Shown here one piece after another: positions 1 through 9,458 of a stretch of 64,000 nt of DNA. The translations under genes were made by a program, and so were the position numbers. The stretch is from an uncultured Gemmatimonadaceae bacterium (GTDB lineage Bacteria; Gemmatimonadota; Gemmatimonadetes; Gemmatimonadales; Gemmatimonadaceae). The notes beneath the pieces are model-generated. The model was not told where the DNA came from and ran no database searches. It was given only the letters and a program-made list of their open reading frames with translations. Within the stretch, counting starts at the first letter, position 1. The number at the start of each line of letters is the position of its first letter. Where the stretch lies: NCBI GenBank assembly GCA_963740355.1, contig CAVUDW010000002.1, positions 704,001 to 768,000 on the forward strand, in the 5' to 3' direction.

Positions 1-871
1 GCTCGGTGATGGTACCCACAAGCGCACGGTTGCACGCCACGCCACCACCCAGCACGACTCGCCTTCGCCCGGTGGCCCGAACCGCCCGGGCGACCTTTTC
101 AGCCAGCGTCTCGGTCAGCGCGTCCTGAAATCCGCGGGCGATGTGGGCTGAATCGATCTCAATACTTTCACTGGATTTTACCGCCAGCATCACGGCAGTC
201 TTAAGCCCGCTGAACGACACATCGTAGTAATCCGAGTCGCCGAGGTGTTGGTCGCGACGGAGCATCGGGCGGGTGAAGCGGAAGCGGGTCGGGTCGCCCG
301 TGGTGGCGAGGGATTCCAGATGTCGGCCGCCGGGGTAGGGCAGGCCGAGGAGCTTTGCGGCCTTGTCGAAGGCCTCGCCGGCTGCGTCGTCCCGGGTCGC
401 GCCGAGGAGGGTGTATTCGCCCCACTGCGGAACGTCGAGCAGCATGGTGTGGCCGCCGCTCACGAGGAGGGCGGTGAAAGGCGGGACGGCGTCGGGATGT
501 TCGAGGCTGGTGGCGAAGAGGTGGCCTTCCAGGTGGTGCACACCGACCAGCGGAATGCCGGTGGTCAGTGAGAGGCCCTTGGCTGCGGCCACGCCGACGA
601 GGAGTGCGCCGACCAATCCCGGGGCGTGGGTGACCGCGATGGCGTCGATGTCGGAGAGCGCGACGCCAGCATCGCCGAGGGTCTGGTCGATCACGGGCAG
701 GATCGACGTGAGGTGTTGTCGGCTCGCGATTTCCGGGACCACGCCGCCGAAGATGCGGTGCACGTCCTGTGACAGAATGACGAGCGACTCGAGCGTGACT
801 GCGTCGCCCGAGCCGCTGAGCACTGCTGCCGACGTCTCGTCGCAGCTGGTTTCGATTCCGAGGATGCGCAT
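1..871 (-). CDS. tsaD: tRNA N6-adenosine threonylcarbamoyltransferase TsaD (3' end runs off the window)
   Basis: Read manually because it is absent from the ORF track. ATG at 871 gives MRILGIETSCDETSAAV, and later TRDDAAGEAFDKAAKLLGLPYPGG, SFSGLKTAV and GGGVACN, which are canonical Kae1/TsaD motifs. Confidence 0.96.
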   Translation of the reverse strand, partial: MRILGIETSCDETSAAVLSGSGDAVTLESLVILSQDVHRIFGGVVPEIASRQHLTSILPVIDQTLGDAGVALSDIDAIAVTHAPGLVGALLVGVAAAKGLSLTTGIPLVGVHHLEGHLFATSLEHPDAVPPFTALLVSGGHTMLLDVPQWGEYTLLGATRDDAAGEAFDKAAKLLGLPYPGGRHLESLATTGDPTRFRFTRPMLRRDQHLGDSDYYDVSFSGLKTAVMLAVKSSESIEIDSAHIARGFQDALTETLAEKVARAVRATGRRRVVLGGGVACNRALVGTITE

Positions 872-881
872 TGTGGTGGCG

Positions 882-1436
882 CTAGGCGCCGGCGTCTTTC
901 AGGAGCTGCGAGATGAGGGCGCGATTGGGCTCGGAGTTCCAGTCGGAGGCCGCGATCACCTTTTTCCGGATCGTACCGTCGGCCGCGATGATGAACGTCT
1001 CAGGCACGCCGGTGGTCTGGTAGGCGGCCTGGATGGCGTGGGTCGAGTCGTGCAGGACTTCGAAGGTGAGGCCGAAATCCTTGAGGAATTTGCGGATGTC
1101 GTCGCGCTTGCCCGGATCATCGATGCTGACCGCGACTACGCGCAGTCCCTTTGGACCCATCGACTTGTGCAGTGCTTCGATGCTGGGCATTTCCGTGCGA
1201 CAGGGGCCGCACCAGGTCGCCCAAACATTCAGCAGCACGACTTTCCCCTTGTAGTCGGCGAGGGACTTGGCGCGCGGGGGGCTGTCGTCGACCGTGGCGC
1301 CGCCGAACATCGGTGCCTGCGTACCCACGTCCACGCCAACCAGTTCGTCCTTTAGCTGGTAGGAGCCGAACCAGAGGGCACCGCCCAGCACAGCGACGAT
1401 CGCGCCGACGACGGACCATTGCTGGCCGGAGGTCAT
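882..1436 (-). CDS. TlpA/ResA-family thiol-disulfide oxidoreductase, N-terminal membrane anchor
   Basis: GKVVLLNVWATWCGPCRTEMP (WCxxC) and GVPETFII cis-Pro motif; N-terminal hydrophobic segment. Confidence 0.92.
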   Translation of the reverse strand: MTSGQQWSVVGAIVAVLGGALWFGSYQLKDELVGVDVGTQAPMFGGATVDDSPPRAKSLADYKGKVVLLNVWATWCGPCRTEMPSIEALHKSMGPKGLRVVAVSIDDPGKRDDIRKFLKDFGLTFEVLHDSTHAIQAAYQTTGVPETFIIAADGTIRKKVIAASDWNSEPNRALISQLLKDAGA

Positions 1437-2101
1437 GCCGCCTCCAGCAGGCAGAGATTGCGGAGCGCGCTCACTTCGGCGGCAGGGTCCTTGGCGCTGA
1501 AGATGGCGTTGCCCGCGACGAAGGTCGTGGCGCCGGCGTGGTAGCAGCTGCGGATGGTGTCACGAGCCACACCGCCGTCGACTTCGAGAATTGCGCTGCT
1601 GCCGATGCTGTCGAGCAGCTGGCGCGCTCGGCGGATCTTGTCGAGGGAGTGCGGAATGAACTTCTGCCCGCCGAAGCCGGGGTTCACGGACATGATCAGC
1701 AACAGATCGAGCTCGTCGGCCACTTCGTGGATCGACTCGAGTGATGTGGACGGATTCAAGGTCGCACCGGCGGTGAGGCCGAGTTCCTTGATGCGCATCA
1801 GTTGGCGATGGAGGTGCGGCGCGGTTTCGACGTGGACGGTGAGGCCATTGGCACCGGCCTTGGCGAAGCTGTCGAAGTACTTCTCCGGTTCGACCGTCAT
1901 CAGGTGCACGTCGAGCGGGAGCGTGGTGAGTTTGCGCACGGTCTCGATGACCTTGAGCCCGAAGCTGAGGTTCGGGACGAAGACGCCGTCCATGACATCG
2001 ACGTGGAGCCAGTCGGCGCCGGCGGCTTCGATCATGGCCAATTCGTCCGCCATGCGGGCGAAATCGACGGAGAGCAGGGATGGTGCGATGCGTACGGTCA
2101 T
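1433..2101 (-). CDS. rpe: ribulose-phosphate 3-epimerase
   Basis: IAPSLLS, HVDVMDGVFVPN, DVHLM, MSVNPGFGGQKF, EVDGG. Start placed at ATG 2101 (MTVRIAPS). Confidence 0.97.
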   Translation of the reverse strand: MTVRIAPSLLSVDFARMADELAMIEAAGADWLHVDVMDGVFVPNLSFGLKVIETVRKLTTLPLDVHLMTVEPEKYFDSFAKAGANGLTVHVETAPHLHRQLMRIKELGLTAGATLNPSTSLESIHEVADELDLLLIMSVNPGFGGQKFIPHSLDKIRRARQLLDSIGSSAILEVDGGVARDTIRSCYHAGATTFVAGNAIFSAKDPAAEVSALRNLCLLEAA

Positions 2102-2163
2102 CCCCAAAGATACCACGACCGGAACCGTGCCGGTTCGGTGATGGTTGCGCCGATCGCCCTTCG

Positions 2164-2955
2164 TTACTGGGGTGGCGCGCTGTCGCGTGGCGCGCGAGGC
2201 CGCGAGACGGTGAGCGTGACTGAGGACCCCGGGGCTGCGGGGGAATTGGCGGCGGGGCGTTGTGCGCTGACGAAGCCTTCCGGCTGCGCGCCGGTGGAAT
2301 CGTCCTTGGCCGGGCCCGCGGTCAGTCCGAGTTGGCCGAGGAGTGCGAGCGCGTCTTCGACCGGCATGCCGACGAGCGATGGGACGCCGATGGCATCTGG
2401 GCCGGCGCTGATGGTGAGGCTGACCGAGGCCGGTTGCGGGATGGTGACTCCCGGTCGTGGCGTGGTGGCAATCACTTCGCCGCGAGGGCGCTTATCGAGT
2501 TTTTCGGCCGCGTTCGCCTGAACATCGAACCCCGCCGCTTCGAGCTCTTTGGTGGCTGTTTCGCGGGTCATGCCGAGCACATTTGGTACGGTGCCCTTTT
2601 TCGCGCCGAGTGAGACGTCGAGGGTGACCTCGTCCCCCTTGAGACCCTTGAGGCCGGGGGCCGGGGTTTGTCCGAGTACCGAGTTGCGTGGTGCGGTCGG
2701 GTGGTTGAGCGATTCGCCCGTCTTGACCTTGAAGCCCGCGGCGCTCAATCGTGCGGCCGCATCGTTGTAGAGCAGTCCGACCACATTCGGCACTGCCGAT
2801 TCGCCACGACTGAGCGTGCCTGGGAGCAGGAAGAGGGCGATCAGGATGTAGCCGAGCACGAAGCCGCCGATGGCGGTCGAGAGAATCGGGCGGCGCGAGA
2901 CCAGATCCTTGAGCTTTTGGATTCGCGTCGAATTCATCTGCACCGTCGGCGTCAT
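2164..2955 (-). CDS. membrane-anchored PASTA-repeat protein (three PASTA domains, no kinase domain)
   Basis: One TM helix followed by three repeats starting VPNVVG, VPNVLG and VPSLVG, each ending in a 'V.lqtP.pG...VtL.vS' pattern. Confidence 0.9.
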   Translation of the reverse strand: MTPTVQMNSTRIQKLKDLVSRRPILSTAIGGFVLGYILIALFLLPGTLSRGESAVPNVVGLLYNDAAARLSAAGFKVKTGESLNHPTAPRNSVLGQTPAPGLKGLKGDEVTLDVSLGAKKGTVPNVLGMTRETATKELEAAGFDVQANAAEKLDKRPRGEVIATTPRPGVTIPQPASVSLTISAGPDAIGVPSLVGMPVEDALALLGQLGLTAGPAKDDSTGAQPEGFVSAQRPAANSPAAPGSSVTLTVSRPRAPRDSAPPQ

Positions 2956-4322
2956 CGAATCCGGCGCAGGCGGGCAGCGAAGGCGCCGTCGACGCCGTGC
3001 GACTGTGGCAGCACGCGGAGCATGCCGTTGTCGAGCACCGAATCCGGGACCACGCCGGCCGGTGGTGGTTCGAGCACGAACGCATCGTCGTCGGCGAGGA
3101 ACTCGTTGACGACGGCATCGTTTTCTTCGCGTTCCAGTGAGCAGGTGCTGTAGATCAGCAGTCCGCCCGGCTTCACACAGCTGCTGGCGGCAGCGAGGAT
3201 ATCGCGCTGCAGCACCGGCAGCAGGGCGATGTCACTGACGCGCAGGCGCCAGCGCGCATCGGGGTGGCGGCGGAACGTGCCAGTCCCCGTGCATGGCACG
3301 TCCACGAGGATCGCGTCGACCGGTTCCAGCGTTGGCGCAGTTGCATCCATTTCACGCACGTCCACATCGGTGGCTTGCATGCGTTCGAGGTTCGCGTGCA
3401 GGCGCTCGAGGCGGTTCGCGGAGCGATCGCTTGCGATGACGCGTGCGCCGGCTTGCAGCAGCGCGAGTGTCTTGCCGCCCGGCGCGGCGCAGAGATCGGC
3501 CGCCACGTCGCCGCGTGGGATGTCGGCGTATTGCACGACAAGCGCGCTGCCGGCGTCCTGCACCCAGAGCTGTCCGCGTTGGAATGCGCCGAGCTGCGTG
3601 AGAGCGACACCGGGGGGCAGTTGGAGGCCGTCGGCGAGCAGTGGGGTGGTGATGGTTTCGACCGCGCGTTCGTGCAGCATTTCCTGCAGTTCATCGCGCG
3701 TGATACCGAACGGTCGCACGATGATCGGTGCTTCGCTGTTGTTGTGCGCCGTCAGTCGTTCGGTCGCATCCTTCCCGAAGGCGGCGATCCATCGTTCCAA
3801 CAGCCAGCGTGGGTGGCTGGTGCGAACGGCGAGTCGTTCCGTCAGGTCGTGGTTGCGGTCGAGTGCGGCGGCGGTGCCTTCGGGGGTGGCAACAGAGGGC
3901 AGGTCGCGTTCGCGATCGATGCGGCGCAACACCGCGTTGACCAGCTTGCTCGCGCCGATACCATGGCGCCGTTTGGCCAGCTCGACCGTCTGCGCGATTG
4001 CCGCGTACGCCGGTACGCTTCCCATCGACAGCAATTGGTAGGTGCCGAGCCGGAGCAGGTCACCGAGGTCGGCATCGAGGCGGGCGAGGCCACCCGTGAT
4101 GCGCGGGGCGAGGATGGCGTCGATCCAGCCGCGGGACCGCAGCAGGCCGTAGACCAGCTCCTGGATCCAGCGGCGATCGCGCGGGTCGAGCGCAGTGGTG
4201 GCGCGATCGAATGCCCCATCGAGCAGGGTGCCACCGCGCAGCGACGCGAGGATCTCTGCCGCCGCGATGCGTGACTCGGTGATGAGCGTGCCACGGGCAG
4301 GATTCGCCGTCGCGAGCGTCAC
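2952..4322 (-). CDS. rsmB: 16S rRNA m5C967 methyltransferase RsmB/Sun
   Basis: NusB-like N-domain (LVNAVLRR), WVQDAGS, DLCAAPGGKT, DVPCTGTG and YSTCS motifs. Start uncertain; GTG 4322 chosen, just after the upstream gene's stop. Confidence 0.93.
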   Translation of the reverse strand: MTLATANPARGTLITESRIAAAEILASLRGGTLLDGAFDRATTALDPRDRRWIQELVYGLLRSRGWIDAILAPRITGGLARLDADLGDLLRLGTYQLLSMGSVPAYAAIAQTVELAKRRHGIGASKLVNAVLRRIDRERDLPSVATPEGTAAALDRNHDLTERLAVRTSHPRWLLERWIAAFGKDATERLTAHNNSEAPIIVRPFGITRDELQEMLHERAVETITTPLLADGLQLPPGVALTQLGAFQRGQLWVQDAGSALVVQYADIPRGDVAADLCAAPGGKTLALLQAGARVIASDRSANRLERLHANLERMQATDVDVREMDATAPTLEPVDAILVDVPCTGTGTFRRHPDARWRLRVSDIALLPVLQRDILAAASSCVKPGGLLIYSTCSLEREENDAVVNEFLADDDAFVLEPPPAGVVPDSVLDNGMLRVLPQSHGVDGAFAARLRRIR

Positions 4323-4329
4323 AGGAGCC

Positions 4330-4971
4330 TCACCGGCGGAATCCCTCGTCATATGCGGCAAGATAGCGACGGGTGGCAGTGACGGCATCGTCGAGCCAGA
4401 TGCCCCGCATCGCGGCGATGCCTGCCGCACCCGTTTTTACGACTTCATGTACCCGTTCCGGTGTCATGCCGCCGACCGCGATGACTGGACAGTCTTCAGC
4501 CGCTTCGACCACCGCCTGCACGAACTGCAGCGGGTCGGCGCTGTGGAGTGCGCCGTGATGTATTGCGTCATTGGATAGGCCGGCGACGAGGAAGGTGGCG
4601 CCGCTCTGTGCCGTCATCCAGGCGTCTGCGGTGGCGTGGACGCTGGCGCCAAGGATCATGGTCGGTGCGATGCGTCTTGCATCGGCGATCGTGAGTGAAC
4701 GCGAGGTCAGTTGTGCGCCCGAGACGCCGGAGACCATGGCGATGTCGACGCGATCGTTGATCAGGACCCAGCTGCCGGTCGTTTCGCTGACGACGCGTAA
4801 CTCCAGTGCCAGTTCGAGCAGCCGTCGTGACGACGTTTCGGAGGAGCGGAGGTGAATCGCCACCCGTCGGCGACAGGCTTGCATGACCGCCGTTGCCGAT
4901 CGGATGAAATTCGGATCTGCGAGCACCACGTCGTTGGTCAGTGCGTGCAGTTCCGGGACCGTGCCGTACAT
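4330..4971 (-). CDS. thiamine-phosphate synthase (ThiE/TenI)-like protein, divergent
   Basis: LINDRVDIA, GASVH, VIAVGGMT and GIAAMRGI motifs. ATG at 4971 overlaps the fmt stop (TGATG). Confidence 0.8.
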   Translation of the reverse strand: MYGTVPELHALTNDVVLADPNFIRSATAVMQACRRRVAIHLRSSETSSRRLLELALELRVVSETTGSWVLINDRVDIAMVSGVSGAQLTSRSLTIADARRIAPTMILGASVHATADAWMTAQSGATFLVAGLSNDAIHHGALHSADPLQFVQAVVEAAEDCPVIAVGGMTPERVHEVVKTGAAGIAAMRGIWLDDAVTATRRYLAAYDEGFRR

Positions 4972-5960
4972 CAGGTGAGGGGCGCGTTGTTGGGTGCGCT
5001 GTCGGTACCGGTGCCCAGCGACGCGTCGGTGCCGAGCACGTCGTTGATCGCGACACCGCGACCGGCGGCCCATTCGCTGACTCGCTGACGCCGCTTGCCT
5101 GATGGGTGCACGTCGAGAATGCGGACCGTGCCTTCGCCGCAGGCCACCAGCATGCCGTCATCGTCGATCGAGAGGACGGTGCCGGGTGCGTCGACGTGGG
5201 TGTGCATGTGCGAGGCACGCACGCCGAAGCACTTCACGTCGGTGCCGGCCAGTGTCGTCCAGGCGCCGGGTCGCGGATCCCAGGCGCGGATGGCGTTGGC
5301 CACATCGGGGGCTGGTGCGCGCCAGTCGATGCGGGCCATGTCGCGTTCGATCTTGGGCGCGAAGGTGGCCCTGGTGTGATCCTGCTCGCGTTCCGGCAGC
5401 TGCTCGAGCTCGAGCAGCGCGAGGGCTTCGATCAGTGACTGTGCGCCGAGTTCCGAGAGACGGTTGCGGAGCTCGCCGCCCGTTTCGTCGGGGAGGATCG
5501 GGACGGTGCTGGTGTGCAGGATCGGGCCTGCATCCATCGCCAGCACCATGCGCATGATGGTGATGCCGGTCTGCGTGAAGCCACGCCGAATGGCGGTTTC
5601 GATCGGGGCCGCGCCGCGCAGTTCCGGGAGGAGCGAGGCGTGGATGTTGATCGTGCCGCGCGGCGGATGTTCGATCACGGCCAGCGGCAGGATGTGTCCG
5701 TAGGCCACGACCACATTGAGGTCGGCGCCAAGTGCCGTCAGTTCCGCGAGAAATGCGTCACCGCGTGGGCGTTCCGGCTGCAGCACCGGAAGCCCTTCGC
5801 GCAATGCCACTTCCTTGACGGGCGGCGGTGTCAGTGTGCGCGCACGTCCCACTGGGCGATCGGGTTGCGTGACCACGCCCACCACATCGAATCCCTCACC
5901 GAGCAGGGCTTCGAGTGGTGGAACGGCAAATTCCGGAGTGCCCCAGAAGAGGATGCGCAC
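4971..5960 (-). CDS. fmt: methionyl-tRNA formyltransferase
   Basis: MRILFWGTPEFA, VVTQPDRP, INIHASLLPELRGAAPI, MDAGPI; follows def. Confidence 0.97.
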   Translation of the reverse strand: MRILFWGTPEFAVPPLEALLGEGFDVVGVVTQPDRPVGRARTLTPPPVKEVALREGLPVLQPERPRGDAFLAELTALGADLNVVVAYGHILPLAVIEHPPRGTINIHASLLPELRGAAPIETAIRRGFTQTGITIMRMVLAMDAGPILHTSTVPILPDETGGELRNRLSELGAQSLIEALALLELEQLPEREQDHTRATFAPKIERDMARIDWRAPAPDVANAIRAWDPRPGAWTTLAGTDVKCFGVRASHMHTHVDAPGTVLSIDDDGMLVACGEGTVRILDVHPSGKRRQRVSEWAAGRGVAINDVLGTDASLGTGTDSAPNNAPLT

Positions 5961-5981
5961 GGTGTCAGGCTCCGTTGCGCG

Positions 5982-6578
5982 TCAACGCACGTCTTTGCGG
6001 TGATCCGGGCCGGACTCTTCGTCCATCTCCTCGTCTTCGGCTTGCAGGCGGGCGATTTCTTCCGGCGTGAGCCGGCGAAGCAGCTCAGGATACTGATCCT
6101 TCTCCTCTTCCCATTCGCGCATCGCCTGGCGGCGCTTGAGGATCGAGAGGTGATCGAGAAAGAGCTTGCCATGCAAGTGATCGATCTCGTGCTGCAGGCA
6201 GGTGCCGAAGAGGTCAGTGCCTTCGAGTGTGATCGGCTTCATGTCCACGTCCAGTGCCTGCACGGTGACCTTCCCCGAACGCTCCACTTCGTAGTGGATG
6301 TCCGGGATGGAGAGACACCCTTCTTCACGCTTGCTCTTGCCGCTCTTGAGCGTGATGACCGGATTGATGAGCGCGATCGGATTCTTGTCCACGTCAACGA
6401 CTGCGATGCGCTCGATGCGACCGACCTGCGGCGCGGCGAGGCCGATGCCCTTGGCGGCGTACATCGTGTCGAACATGTCGGACACGAGTGTGCGCAGCTC
6501 GGTGGTCATCTGCTGCACCGGCTGCGTTTCCTTGCGCAAGATCGGGCTGCCGAGGACGTAGATGTCGAGCAATGCCAT
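5982..6578 (-). CDS. def: peptide deformylase
   Basis: GIGLAAPQVG, EGCLS and QHEIDHL motifs. The real start is ATG 6578 (MALLDI), overlapping the yajC stop. Confidence 0.97.
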   Translation of the reverse strand: MALLDIYVLGSPILRKETQPVQQMTTELRTLVSDMFDTMYAAKGIGLAAPQVGRIERIAVVDVDKNPIALINPVITLKSGKSKREEGCLSIPDIHYEVERSGKVTVQALDVDMKPITLEGTDLFGTCLQHEIDHLHGKLFLDHLSILKRRQAMREWEEEKDQYPELLRRLTPEEIARLQAEDEEMDEESGPDHRKDVR

Positions 6579-6940
6579 CAGGCGACCTTGTCCGCGCTGG
6601 AGCTGGTGCCGGACGGGGAGGAGATCTTGGCGATGCGACCGCGCTCGATGATGAGGCGTGATTCGCCGCTCTTGATGGTGATCTCGTCGTCGGCGCTGGG
6701 TGCGGCGGCCGACTTGATGTGCTGCACTTCGCCCACGAGGCCACCGGCGGTGACGATGCGATCTCCCTTCTTCAGTTCGAGGATCGCCGACTCGTGCTTC
6801 TTCCGCTGCTGCTGCTGCGGGCGGATGAGCAGGAAGTAGAAGATCGCGAAGATGCCGCCGTACATCAGAAGCGGGGCGATCACTGCCTGTCCGCCAGGAA
6901 ACTGGAGGATGGCGAGGGAGGCGAGCGGCAGGGAGGTCAT
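6578..6940 (-). CDS. yajC: preprotein translocase subunit YajC
   Basis: IFYFLLIRPQQQQRKKH and LKKGDRIVTAGGLVG; canonical queA-tgt-yajC order. Confidence 0.95.
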   Translation of the reverse strand: MTSLPLASLAILQFPGGQAVIAPLLMYGGIFAIFYFLLIRPQQQQRKKHESAILELKKGDRIVTAGGLVGEVQHIKSAAAPSADDEITIKSGESRLIIERGRIAKISSPSGTSSSADKVA

Positions 6941-8161
6941 TCGGAGCTGGACGGCTTGGCGTGATAGCGAAGGAGCCAATCCTGGCTCCAGGCGTCGAAG
7001 GTCCCGGCGCGGAGCGCTGTTCGCGCGTCACGCATCAGGGTGATGAGGAAAGATACGTTGTGCAGGGAGAGGAGCCGCAGTCCGAGCATCTCTTCGCTGA
7101 CGAAGAGGTGGCGGAGGTAGGCGCGGTCGTACTGGGTGCAGCAGGGGCAGGGGCAGCCTTCGACGAGGGGGCGGCGGTCATTGCGGAAGCTGCTTTTCCG
7201 GACCTGGACCTTGCCGTCGTTGGTGAAGGCGGTGCCGTTCCGGCCCATGCGGGTGGGTGCAACGCAGTCGAAGAGGTCCACACCGCGGCGGACGGCCTCG
7301 ACGAGGTCATCCGGGAAGCCGACGCCCATCATGTAGCGGGGGACGGTGCGGGGGATGACGGGGTCCACGACCTCGAGGGTGGCGTACATGTCGGGCTTGG
7401 ATTCGCCGACGGAGAGGCCGCCGATGGCGATGCCGTCCCAGTCGCCGCGGTCGAGGATGCCGCGGGCGGAGGCGACGCGGAGTTCGGGGTGGACGCCGCC
7501 CTGGATGATGGGGAAGAGGGTTTGGCGCGGGGGAATGATGTCGGTGGCAGCGTCGTGGGTTGCCATGGGAGGGGCGCCGGCCGGAACTTCGAAGTGGGGG
7601 GGGGCCCCCCGGCCTTCGCGCGTGATCCGGTCGAACTCCACCCGACACCGATCCAGCCACCGCAGGCTCCGCTCCATCGCCGACTTGCTGGCCGCAAACT
7701 CAGCCTGCCCCGCAATCAGCTCATCCAGCTGCATGATCACGTCCGCGCCGATGTTGCGCTCGATGCGCATGACGCTCTCGGGCGTGTAGTCGTGCTTCGA
7801 GCCATCGATATGGCTCTGGAAGATCACGCCCTCTTCGCTGACTTTCCGCAGGCTGGACAGCGAGAACACCTGGAATCCGCCCGAATCGGTCAGCATCGGG
7901 CCGTTCCAGCGTGTGAATGCATGCAGACCCGCCCAGTGCGCGCACCATCATGTCGCCTGGGCGCAGATACAGGTGGTAGGCGTTGGAGAGGATCATCTGC
8001 CCGCCCGCTGCAGCCACCTCTTCGACGCTCAGGCCCTTGATGGTGCCGTGGGTGCCGACGGGCATGAACGCGGGGGTTTCGACGACGCCGTGGGGCGTCG
8101 AGAACCAGCCGAGGCGCGCGCTGCCGGATTCGTGGGAGGTGCGGAAGGAGAAGTCGGACAT
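6937..8161 (-). CDS. tgt: tRNA-guanine(34) transglycosylase; one +1 frameshift at about 7928-7930 (probable sequencing error)
   Basis: N-part TPAFMPVGT and NAYHLYLRPG. Removing one G restores [26 protein letters not shown], followed by GGLSVGE, DLFDCVAPTR and the CxCxxC..H zinc site; 407 aa when joined. Confidence 0.95.
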
Positions 8162-8366
8162 GATTCGTGATTCAATGAGGGCGACGGTTTGCGCCCCAGC
8201 ACTGAAAGGGCAACTGCCTTGACGCAAAACAGCCAAACTGCGAACGGCGAAAGCCGCAAAACTGGAACTGCCGCAAAACGGCTACTCCAACGAAGCATGC
8301 AGCGCCGAAAACTATCATGGTCATGATGTCGCGCGAAAACTTTCAAGGCAGGTGTGAAGCACCTGC

Positions 8367-9416
8367 TCAGAGAATCAGCATCGCATCCCCATACGAATAG
8401 AACCGATACTGCTGCTCGATTGCCTCACGATACGCGCGCATCGTGAGCTCGTACCCCGCGAACGCCGCCACCAGCATCACCAGCGTGGACTTCGGCAGGT
8501 GAAAGTTCGTCAGAAGGTGATCGACGAGCTTGAAGCGGTACGGCGGATAAATGAAGATGCTGGTCTCGCCTTCGCGTGCCGCGAGCTGGCCGTCATCATG
8601 CGCTGCACTTTCGAGCGTGCGCATCGAAGTCGTTCCCACGGCCCATACGCTGCGGCCAGCGCGCTTCACGTCATTCACGACAGCCGCGGTCGCCGTCGAG
8701 ACCTGATACGACTCCTCATGCATCACATGCTCGAGCGGATCATCGACGCTGATCGGCCGAAAGGTACCAGCGCCGACATGCAGCACCACTTCCGCGCGCC
8801 GCACTCCCTTCGCGGACAACGCCGCCAGCACGTCGTCCGTGAAATGCAGCCCCGCCGTCGGCGCCGCCACGCTCCCGGCTTGCTGCGCATACACGGTCTG
8901 ATACCGCTCGGCATCGTCACTCGTGTCGCCGCGTGTCATGTACGGGGGCAACGGAATATGACCGTACTTCTCGATCGCCGCGGCCGAATCGTGCGCCGCG
9001 TGCAAGCGCACGTACTTGGTGCCGCGCTCGGTCGGCTCCAGCATCTCGATGCGGAAATCGTCGGCGATGGTCACCATCTTTCCGGCTTGCAGCTTGGCGC
9101 CTGGCTGCACCATCGCTTCCCAGACCTCGTCGCCGAGGGCTTTCAGCAGCAGCACTTCGGCCGGCGCACCCGACGGACGTGTGCCGAGCAGTCGGGCGCG
9201 AATCACCTTGGTCGTGTTCACCGCCAACGCGTCGCCGGCCGGGATGAAATCGACGATCTCGCGAAACAGGTGGTGCGAAATTGTGCCCGCTGCGCGATCG
9301 ACGACCAGCAACCGACTGCCATCACGACGCTCCATCGGCGCCTGCGCGATCAGCGATTCGGGAAGCGTGAAGTCGTAGTCAGAAACGCGCGTGCCATCAG
9401 GTGTTCGTTCACTCAT
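8367..9416 (-). CDS. queA: S-adenosylmethionine:tRNA ribosyltransferase-isomerase
   Basis: DYDFTLPESLIAQ, GHIPLPPY, GSVAAPTAGLHF, LHVGAGTF, TNFHLPKSTL, YRFYSYGDAMLI. Confidence 0.98.
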   Translation of the reverse strand: MSERTPDGTRVSDYDFTLPESLIAQAPMERRDGSRLLVVDRAAGTISHHLFREIVDFIPAGDALAVNTTKVIRARLLGTRPSGAPAEVLLLKALGDEVWEAMVQPGAKLQAGKMVTIADDFRIEMLEPTERGTKYVRLHAAHDSAAAIEKYGHIPLPPYMTRGDTSDDAERYQTVYAQQAGSVAAPTAGLHFTDDVLAALSAKGVRRAEVVLHVGAGTFRPISVDDPLEHVMHEESYQVSTATAAVVNDVKRAGRSVWAVGTTSMRTLESAAHDDGQLAAREGETSIFIYPPYRFKLVDHLLTNFHLPKSTLVMLVAAFAGYELTMRAYREAIEQQYRFYSYGDAMLIL

Positions 9417-9458
9417 GCGCAGAATCTAGCCTTCCTGGGGAGGCGTCCTGCTCCAGCT

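Noticed and set aside
8170..8366. preQ1 riboswitch upstream of tgt
   Set aside because: No preQ1 stem-loop with A-rich tail is recognisable on the minus strand; only low-complexity repeats and a small hairpin at 8348-8366.
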